Source: an uncultured Planctomycetota bacterium
GTDB taxonomy: Bacteria; Planctomycetota; Planctomycetia; Isosphaerales; Isosphaeraceae
NCBI GenBank assembly: GCA_963823665.1
Contig: CAWGMQ010000004.1
Coordinates: 832,001-896,000 of the forward strand
Reading direction: 5' to 3'
Length of the DNA stretch: 64,000 nt
Positions 58,601-64,000 of the stretch are shown here, piece after piece; position 1 is the first letter of the stretch, and each line of letters opens with the position of its first letter. The position numbers were made by a program, and so were the translations under genes. The notes below the pieces were generated by a model. The model did not search any database, was not told the DNA's origin, and was given only the letters and a program-made list of their open reading frames with translations.

Positions 58601-59470
58601 TTGACCAGCTTCCTCAGCGACACGGCCAATGAGATTACCCTCGCGAGCCCCGAAGGCTCAGGCACGGTGGACGTGACCGTGGTCACGGCAGGTGGTCACT
58701 CGCCCGTCTCGCCCGACGACACGTTTAGCTATATCTCTGCGGTCGCCAGTCCGACGAGCCTCTCGGCCGTCTCTGGTAGTGGAACTTCCGGCGGCAGTGC
58801 CACGTTGACCTCCACACTGACCAAAAGCGGCTCGCCGCTCCCTGGTAGGATAGTGACTTTCTCGCTGAGCGAGGGCGGCGCGGTCAGAAACGTCGGAACG
58901 GCCATGACGGACGGGGCCGGCGTCGCCACCTTGAGCAGTGTCAGCCTGGCTGGCCTCGCCGCCGGTACTTACTCCGGTGCGGTGCTTGCCAGCTTCGCCG
59001 GAGACTCGACGGACGCGGCCAGCAGCGCGATTGGCACTCTGGTCGTCAACTCGAAGCCTCTGCTCGCCATCACCGGGGAACAACCCCTGTTTCTGCGCAA
59101 GACCGACAAGAAGGGCAAGCCGATCGGACGTTCCATTCTCAGCGGATTCGTTTTCGACTTCAGCGAGCCGCTCAATCCCACGAGCGCAGTGAACAGCGGT
59201 AATTATCAAGTGGATGCCATCATCACGAAACGGGTCAAGAAGCAAACGCGACGCGTCTTTCAGCCGCTCCGGAGCGTTGCGGTGTCCTACAGCGCCTCGG
59301 CCGATTCGATCACCTTGAAATTCACGAGGAAGCAGGCATTCCCGAAAGGCGGCGAGATCACCGTGGTCGGAGGATCAACGTCCGGAGTCACGAGCACCTC
59401 GGGCGCCACGCTTATCGGAAATCAGGTGTTTATGATCTCACCCCATGGCCACGGCATCATCGCTCAATGA
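52694..59470 (+). CDS. Giant extracellular protein: LEPRxLL-type N-terminus, Ig-like domains, beta-strand (DUF5650-like) repeats and 4 IPT/TIG domains
   Basis: ELMEPRTLLA. GQNVTFTATV...PTGTVQF Ig repeats. About 11 ALTNGNYVVxSPxWNxxxGAVTWGNGTTG...SAANSLVG repeats. Four GPATGGTTVTITGTNL repeats. Confidence 0.92.
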   Translation: MTGLMNMAFIRRDSEHIRNRERPTTQKARLGRMRVPHVELMEPRTLLATLQLSGGLGEQSTLDSVAQTENEMFFLNTPNSQKDPHGDGTAVANVTLTTANSSSGNPGVLLDILSQGSVALHGIANVATSAGLADTDGQIGADLPVTIIPTTPDEQPGDRVIVALSFVYNPKTFASNNAAADFSYLASYTYKGDTTLLVSDDHQAGGPGVTPVGPGNVDHESGTFIARIGDTFTLSFSESLSGHTVAPYLGGLINNVGWVIDTNLDLSASLAPPDPTSTTVTTQPAGNADFGQNVTFTATVADTSSSPDAGTPIGTVQFTVDGTQFGTPVDLDGGTATITDANLPVGSHAISATYTPGNHNFQASSPLAPTPLVIQADSTSTIIGTQPSGEANVGQSVTFTATVANTSQSANPATPTGTVQFSVDGIPYGAPVSLVNGVATTSDAGLPLGSHSISATYIPDNTNFAASDSQPVPLVIQSLIEDSSTLSAVAANGAYGGTATLTASLTSAGLPLLGETVGFSLLVGGIITPVGKSTTNASGVATLNGVSLAGFNVGTFAHFVGASFAGDSTYSGASADGPLTVVENDFLAVTTNPTSQVASAGNPVTFAAAGSGLPTPTMQWQVSTDGGNTFSNLADATSASLTFTTTESENGYEYRAVFTNSAGTAATAPATLTVNTQPGGLVVSAANGVFPQFSLAPSPIASSADSGDFSLVLSTGNILVDELSAVCLFNGKTGALISTLTGGGNVGGGYTFTALTNGNFVVSGVGSATWGSGTTGVSGTVSAANSLVESGSTGSVAYSTAVIPLANGNYVVDFIGWHAATGAVAWGNGTAGTVGTVSAANSLVGNNFGDWVGGSGGSVGGVTALADGNYVVASPFWNNNEGAVTWGNGTTGVAGTITAANSLIGCGDQSGELTVTSLTNGNYVVSNSQWNGGEGEVTWGSGATGVDGTVSAANSLVGSLVGDGVGEDIIALTNGNYVVDSYQWKAAAGASEAGAVTWGSGTMGVSGTISATNSLVGNSGDEVGGWDNASPFTGLVALSNGNYVVASPNWNGNLGAVTWGNGTTGTTGVVSAANCLIGSNQGDSVGAGTPYNSPTNFFTVGVIALSNGNYVVDSPYWNSDEGAATWGNGAIGTIGTVSSANSLVGSHPYSNQTGFSDSVGLQGVTALTNGNYVVDSSNWYGDTGAVTWGNGTTGSVGIVSAANSLVGSDPYDQVGNDGVDADDVIALTNGNYVVGSPLWNDDEGAVTWGSGKTGVVGTISTTNSMVGSSPESLNDSVAGDWLGGGPDGFRGLTALPDGNYAVVSQIALQGAGTVTWGDGTTGTFGTVSSANSFVGADSETSEIVVLPNSNYLYSVSGGGSISCTWFDGSTGKTMDGQITADLQNTFEGTGLPSDIQPISSGSSFIAGSTFAFTDPNELTYALAQGQTITVAPSFLTRDLDAGTDVTIQSNDDITIDSPIDETSSGTPGSLTLEAGRSILINAGINTDGANLSLIANDSVADGVVNSERDPGDADITMASGATLNTGSGTLNVDLEQSTDKTNNDRGSVTLQGVDASALTLPPGSPLAVSINGTTPGDGVAAGTYFQLDVSGSIDLNEAPLQVTANTALAAGTTLTIVQSGSGVTGTFRGLPEGSLIDSASGSVFSISYQADGGNAVVLTALATALTIPSVTGLTPAQGPIAGGTTVTITGTNLASASAVDFGSVQVTSFLSDTADGITLMSPAGSGTMDVTVVTPNGTSATSPADQFSYVAPQPPPDVTGIAPATGPATGGTTVTINGTNLASASAVNFGSVQMTSFLSDTANEITLVSPAGSGTVDVTVVTPNGTSATSPADQFSYVAAPPPPSVTGIAPATGPATGGTTVTINGANLASASAVNFGSVQVSSFLSDTANEITLVSPAGSGPVDVTVVTPNGTSATSPADQFSYVAAPLPASVTGIAPATGPATGGTTVTITGTNLASASAVNFGSVQLTSFLSDTANEITLASPEGSGTVDVTVVTAGGHSPVSPDDTFSYISAVASPTSLSAVSGSGTSGGSATLTSTLTKSGSPLPGRIVTFSLSEGGAVRNVGTAMTDGAGVATLSSVSLAGLAAGTYSGAVLASFAGDSTDAASSAIGTLVVNSKPLLAITGEQPLFLRKTDKKGKPIGRSILSGFVFDFSEPLNPTSAVNSGNYQVDAIITKRVKKQTRRVFQPLRSVAVSYSASADSITLKFTRKQAFPKGGEITVVGGSTSGVTSTSGATLIGNQVFMISPHGHGIIAQ
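57690..58740 (+). repeat. Four tandem 264-bp IPT/TIG repeats
   Basis: Near-identical DNA units with a 264-bp period (for example gaccagttcagttacgtcg at about 57926, 58190 and 58454). Confidence 0.9.
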
Positions 59471-59649
59471 GCCCGACCCGGCGCCAAAGTCGGCGCCTGT
59501 CTGGCCGCTGGCGGTCAACACCGAGCATCTGGGCGAAGTGCTGGAGTCGATCGAGCGCGCGGGTCAGATCAGCCATGCGCCAAAACCTTGGCAACGCTGC
59601 CGCTGACCGATGGAGGCAGGACTGTTCCGTTCCCCATCATGAAGGGGAA

Positions 59650-60225
59650 CGTCGCCTGGACGATCGCGCTTGTTTTACTCTTGTTCCTTTCCCGACGATC
59701 TCGCCCGAGCCTAAAGAGTTTGCTAGAGCGGCCGGGAGCAACCGCCTGCGGTGCAGCAGCCTTGGCCGTGGCCATCGAGACGGTCAACGTGATAACACCT
59801 GCCGTTGCTCTCATGGCCAACATCGGCACGGTTTTGCCCTCGGCAGTCATGGCACGATTTCTGGTCATGGCAGTTACACCATATCTAGGAGTCAATTTGG
59901 GCATGCCCGGCCTCGCGGTGACAGTAGCGTGGGCGGGTTCGGCATTGAATGGCCGGTGGCAGCCTGAGCCGAACTGGCTCGACCGAGCGGGACGCTTGTT
60001 GGGCTTGGCCTGGGTCGTTTTGATGGTATTTCAACCCTGGCTCATATCAATTGTCAGGGGTGAGTTGTCGTGAAACGACACCCTATCTCCAAGAGGGATG
60101 GCCGACAGCGGAGATTGCTCGCCTTTTTCACCTGAGTTCCAGCCAAGTCGATGCGGCGATCCGTTATATCGACGATCACAAGAAAAAGGTCATCGAGGAT
60201 TACCAGCGAATCCTCGAACGATGCG
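59650..60225 (+). repeat. 576-bp direct repeat, right copy (5'-truncated membrane gene plus DUF433 fragment)
   Basis: Matches 46872-47447. Confidence 0.95.
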
Positions 60226-60470
60226 CTCGAGGCAACCCCCCCTGAGCTCCAAGCGAAGCTGGATGCCGGGCACGAACATTTTCTGGCGATGGCTCGGGAA
60301 CGGCAGCAGCAAGCGACGAAGACTCAGGAGGAACGGGATGCGGGCGATTCTCGCGGACATTAATGTAGAAGGGATCTTGACAAATCTACATTTCATTTGG
60401 CTTTCCGAATCCTGGCGAGAGTTGTGGTTCAGCCTTGACCTCTACATTGATGACTTCAAGACTCAAGGAA
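60080..60470 (+). pseudogene. Decayed DUF433 antitoxin-like and DUF5615 PIN-like gene pair
   Basis: PYLQEGWPTAEIARLFHLSSSQVDAAIRYIDDH (C-terminal half, no N-terminus), followed by MRAILADINVEG...WRELW from 60338, which breaks off near 60470. Confidence 0.65.
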
Positions 60471-60503
60471 GCCATCGTCGGCCTTCAGCCTCCCATCGCC
60501 GGG

Positions 60504-60860
60504 TCATCCAATGCCCAGCGCTGCCTTCAGACACTCATCCAATTCAGCGAGCATTTTTGCTGACAGGTTGCCGACCTTTTCCGTGAGCCGGTCCTCGGTC
60601 ATCAGTGACAGCAAGGTGCAGCAGATCAGACAGTCCCGATCCAGGCCCGCGGCTTTGCCCTCCGGCGCGGCGGCTTCCACGAACAAACAGGCCGGGTCGT
60701 CTTTCTCGTCCAGGTTGGTTGTTACCTGCGCCACCACTGCGTGGTGCAGGCGCTGATTGTAAGCGTCGGCCTGTACCACGACGACGGGGCGCTTTTTACC
60801 GCGGCCGCCGGAAGCATGTGGGAAGCGGGCCTTCAGAACATCGCCGCGCTAAAGGTTCAT
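60504..60860 (-). pseudogene. PemK/MazF-family toxin with premature TAG at codon 4
   Basis: ATG AAC CTT TAG CGC GGC GAT GTT... translates as MNL*RGDVLKARFPHASGGRGKKRPVVVVQADAYN...LDECLKAALGI. ATG overlaps the upstream TGA. Confidence 0.85.
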
Positions 60861-61075
60861 CAGTCGTCCGGTTCGTCAAAACCATCTCCGGCCAGCAGGT
60901 CCGCTGTTTCCGACGCCACCAAGTCCATTTCTTCCTTCGTCCATGGACCATAATCGAGCCTTTCGCCGTGCTCGTAGATATCCTTGCGAAGCACGATGCA
61001 CTCCGCGCTGCCGACGGTCACTGCCACCGCTTGACCGTTTTGAATGGCCCGTTCCTGTTCAGCAGTTAGCTCCAT
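60860..61075 (-). CDS. Small acidic putative antitoxin
   Basis: 71 aa, MELTAEQERAIQNG...DGFDEPDD. AAGGAA RBS. TGATG coupling to the MazF-like gene. Confidence 0.7.
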   Translation of the reverse strand: MELTAEQERAIQNGQAVAVTVGSAECIVLRKDIYEHGERLDYGPWTKEEMDLVASETADLLAGDGFDEPDD

Positions 61076-61252
61076 GAGCCGTTCCTTCTTCGCACGCGAT
61101 AGGTATTTCTGCTCGTACTCTGCTTCGGACTCTATTCTATCACAGCTAGCCGTCGAACCGATCCCTAGCACTTCGAGCAAGCTTATTTACGATCGACGGC
61201 CACTAGTCGTTGATGGGTTCGACAAATGCCCGCCAAAATAGACCGGTTGCCG

Positions 61253-61280
61253 TCGACAGCCGAGGGCCCATCGATATAAT
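61253..61280 (+). promoter_or_regulatory. Candidate sigma-70 promoter of XRE copy 1
   Basis: TCGACA-16 nt-TATAAT, conserved in copy 2. Confidence 0.6.
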
Positions 61281-61307
61281 CACGACCGCATTTTCCAGGG
61301 AGGGAGC

Positions 61308-61619
61308 ATGCCCCGTCGACGCACCGTCCCGGCCGTCCGCAACCGCCGCGAGGAGATCGGCAAGCGTCTCCGCCGCATCCGGGAGGAGATCGCGCCCGGC
61401 GGAACCTGGGGGCGCCGGCGAGAGGTCGAAGCGTGGCTGGGCGTGCGACTGTCCACCTGGTACGGATATGAGCGCGGCAAGACTATCCCGGGCGAGATCC
61501 TCCTGCGCCTGATTGTGGAACTGGGGATCTCGCCCAGTTGGCTCCTCACCGGGCAGGGCACGATCTGGCCCTGTGAACGATCAAGAACGGAGGACGACGA
61601 CGCAGAAGAAAAGACCTGA
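61308..61619 (+). CDS. XRE-family HTH regulator (copy 1)
   Basis: IGKRLRRIREE...LGVRLSTWYGYERGKTIPGEILLRL...ISPSWLLTGQG. Confidence 0.85.
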   Translation: MPRRRTVPAVRNRREEIGKRLRRIREEIAPGGTWGRRREVEAWLGVRLSTWYGYERGKTIPGEILLRLIVELGISPSWLLTGQGTIWPCERSRTEDDDAEEKT

Positions 61620-61725
61620 TGCGCACAAAACAACCACTCCGCGACAAGCGCCGCGTCCAAAGCCGCGGCCAAGCCGTAGTCGTTGATGAGTTCGACGAGC
61701 GGCCGCCAAAAAAGACCGATTGGTG

Positions 61726-61753
61726 TCGACAGCCGAGGGCCGATCGATAGAAT
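61726..61753 (+). promoter_or_regulatory. Candidate sigma-70 promoter of XRE copy 2
   Basis: TCGACA-16 nt-TAGAAT. Confidence 0.55.
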
Positions 61754-61780
61754 CACCACCGCATTTTCCAGGGAGGGAGC

Positions 61781-62062
61781 ATGCCCGGTCAACGCACCGC
61801 CCCGGCCGTCCTCAAGCGCCGCAAGGAGATCGGCAAGCGTCTCCGCCGCATCCGCAAAGGGATCGCGCCCGGCGGAACCTGGGAGCGCCCGCTGAAGGTC
61901 GAAGCGTGGCTGGGCGTGCGATTGGAAACCTGGTACGAATATGAGCTCGGCAAGGCAGCAATCCCGGGCGACATCGTCCTGCGCCTGATCGTGGAACTGG
62001 GGATCTCGCCCCGTTGGCTCCTCACCGGCCAGGGCACGATCCGGCCGGACGGGGACAACTGA
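61781..62062 (+). CDS. XRE-family HTH regulator (copy 2)
   Basis: Paralog of 61308-61619, offset by 473 bp and sharing the upstream region. Confidence 0.85.
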   Translation: MPGQRTAPAVLKRRKEIGKRLRRIRKGIAPGGTWERPLKVEAWLGVRLETWYEYELGKAAIPGDIVLRLIVELGISPRWLLTGQGTIRPDGDN

Positions 62063-62499
62063 GCACAGCAGCTCGCGCGATGACGCGCCGTCTGCCGCAT
62101 GACCGAGCTTTGCTCACGGAGCCCGGCGCGGATGCCTCGGAGATGGGAGATGATAGATCGCGCCGAGGAAGCCCAGGGCGGTCAGATGCACTTCAGCACC
62201 CCTTCCGAAAAGTAATGCTCCCGGCTGATCGCGGAACGAGGGCGTGGCCCGCAGGCAAGCCGCTCTGATGCCGAGAGAGCTGCTCGTTCGCGCGCGACGG
62301 TCTGATCGCCCGACGCAACCTCAGATCGGCTTCGGTGTCGTCGGACCGACGCGCGCAAGATCATTGTTGCCCTCTCAAGCTCTCGGACACGATACACATC
62401 CTTAGACGCTGAGCCGCGTTTGCTTCGGTCCGGCTGGAAACGATCCACGGCAGGATCTTGCCCGGGTCAGAAGACCCCGGACCGCGGCTCACCGCCCGT

Positions 62500-64000
62500 T
62501 CACTGCGCGAACGGCTGAGCTGGCATGGTCAGATCCAGCGCCAGGAGCTGAAAATCTCGACGTGTGCGAAGGGGTTCGAGGTCGCGACTGGCCCGCAGGA
62601 GTTCGGGTTGAACGAAACCCGCTGCCGCCATTCGATGCAGCGTCGCCATAGCGCGGTCGGGTTCAGCCGTGACCTCGTAGAGCGTCGGCACGTGGCCTGG
62701 CTTTCCCAGCAGCTCGGCCGCCTCGGCCCAGATCATTCGCCACTCCCATAGGGACGGGGCGTTCTTCCTGGCCACTTCGACACCCCGGTGAAATGCTCGC
62801 TCGGCTTGGTCCCTGTCCCCGCGCTGCCGGTGGGCCACGGCCAGGAAGAAGAAGTCCGTGGGGTCGGTTCCCTCGCACATGGCGATCGACTTGTTCAGGG
62901 TAGCGATCGCCTCGTCCCACAGGCCGTTACGATATTCGGCCACGCCCAGCGTGTTGTAGTTCGTGGCGACGTCGGGTGCCTCCTGGACTGCCTGACGGGC
63001 CAGTTTCAGGGCATCTTCGGGCCGGCGCTGACGGCGGTCGGGGGCGGTCGCCAGGAGCCAGGCCAGCGAGTTGAGAGGGTCGGGGTTGTCGGGTTGGTTC
63101 ACGAGCGACTTCCGGAAGGCGGCCTCGGCCTCGTCGAAGCGGCCGAGGTCCCTGAACGCGAGACCGAGGCCGTGGAGGACTGTGGAGTCGTCGGGTGTCA
63201 GCCGCGCAGCCTCCTGTTTCTCGGCGAGAGCCTCCGCGAACCGGCCCTTGGCCGACAGGGCGCCGCCGAGTTTGAAGTGCAGCGATGAGTCGTCGGGGGA
63301 AATCCGCAGCGCCTTACGATAGAGCTCGATCGCCTCGTCTATGCGGCCCAGCGCCTGCAGCGCGCTGCCAAGACCCTCGAGTGCTACCGTGTTCTCAGGT
63401 GCGAGCCGCAGCGAATCACGATAAATGGCGGCCGCCTCGTCGTGACGCCCCTGCCCGAGAAAGATCCAGCCCATGCCGTCCAGCGGATCGGGGTTTGTGG
63501 GCTTAAGCCGCGCCGCCTCACGGTACATCGCCAGGGATTCGTCCAGACGGTTCTGGAAGCGGAGTGTATTGCCCAGTTGGAGATGTGCATAGAAATCGTC
63601 GGGGCGGGCGGCAATCGTCTGGCGGAGCGCAGTGACGGCCTCGGTCAGTGTCCGGCGCGCTTCTTCGCGAAATCCACGGACGAGCAGCACGTGGCCCATG
63701 CAAGACAGATGACGGCCGTTTCCGGGGCGAATGCGCACCAGGTCGCGGAAGACGTCGATCGCTTCGTCGCTCTCGCCCTTCATCCTCAAGGCGTGGGCGA
63801 GCTCGTGGGCCGTCTCCGGGCGGATCATCCGCGCGGCGGTATAATAGCGGATGGCCTCTTCGCGTCGCGAGAGGCTCTCGAGCGCCCGGGCCAGGTCGTA
63901 GTTCAGCCAGACGTTGCCCGGGTGGGCGCGACGGCCCCGGCGCAAGACCGATTCGGCCTCGGCCTTGGCCCCCACGTCGCCCAGCGCGTTGCCCAGCAGG
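62500..64000 (-). CDS. TPR-repeat protein (C-terminal part, probably of a Ser/Thr kinase; extends beyond window)
   Basis: Multiple TPRs (GRIDEAIELYRKALRISPDD), NSLAWLLATAPD, YNTLGVAEYRNG and a C-terminal DLTMPAQPFAQ. Confidence 0.88.
   Translation of the reverse strand, partial: LLGNALGDVGAKAEAESVLRRGRRAHPGNVWLNYDLARALESLSRREEAIRYYTAARMIRPETAHELAHALRMKGESDEAIDVFRDLVRIRPGNGRHLSCMGHVLLVRGFREEARRTLTEAVTALRQTIAARPDDFYAHLQLGNTLRFQNRLDESLAMYREAARLKPTNPDPLDGMGWIFLGQGRHDEAAAIYRDSLRLAPENTVALEGLGSALQALGRIDEAIELYRKALRISPDDSSLHFKLGGALSAKGRFAEALAEKQEAARLTPDDSTVLHGLGLAFRDLGRFDEAEAAFRKSLVNQPDNPDPLNSLAWLLATAPDRRQRRPEDALKLARQAVQEAPDVATNYNTLGVAEYRNGLWDEAIATLNKSIAMCEGTDPTDFFFLAVAHRQRGDRDQAERAFHRGVEVARKNAPSLWEWRMIWAEAAELLGKPGHVPTLYEVTAEPDRAMATLHRMAAAGFVQPELLRASRDLEPLRTRRDFQLLALDLTMPAQPFAQ

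Noticed and set aside
60849..60851. In-frame TAG codons (here and near 7125) as amber readthrough or recoding
   Set aside because: TAG terminates intact genes in this window (NtrC-family regulator, IS110 recombinase, Uma2), and no pyrrolysine genes are visible.

Overview
High-GC bacterial DNA, very likely from a planctomycete (Isosphaeraceae-like). The evidence is a LEPRxLL-type surface protein, ECF sigma/Ser-Thr kinase pairs, a CHAT-TPR protein and REP-like hairpins. Many ordinary genes carry single-base frameshifts, which fits an unpolished long-read assembly. Layout: (1) 1-13 kb is accessory, with a secreted protein, a Tat-exported ferritin-like protein that appears circularly permuted, an ECF sigma factor, Uma2, CHAT-TPR, FRG, an SGNH hydrolase, a duplicated-domain basic protein and several gene remnants. 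(2) 13-41.4 kb is core: RRM protein, acyl-CoA synthetase, divergent CzcA/CzcB-type RND genes, glgC, ABC transporter, class IV aminotransferase, a Cys-less thioredoxin-fold protein, an NtrC-family regulator, dnaK-clpB with a sigma-54 promoter and paired upstream palindromes, and pheA. (3) 41.4-64 kb is mobile or accessory: an IS4-family element inside a REP hairpin, an IS110 recombinase with a structured leader (candidate bridge RNA), and a REP cluster. It also holds a 12.2-kb ECF sigma + WD40 kinase + giant surface protein block flanked by 576-bp direct repeats, decayed toxin-antitoxin genes, two tandem diverged XRE regulators and a TPR protein. I saw no rRNA, tRNA or CRISPR array. All family calls come from motif recognition by eye, not from database searches.
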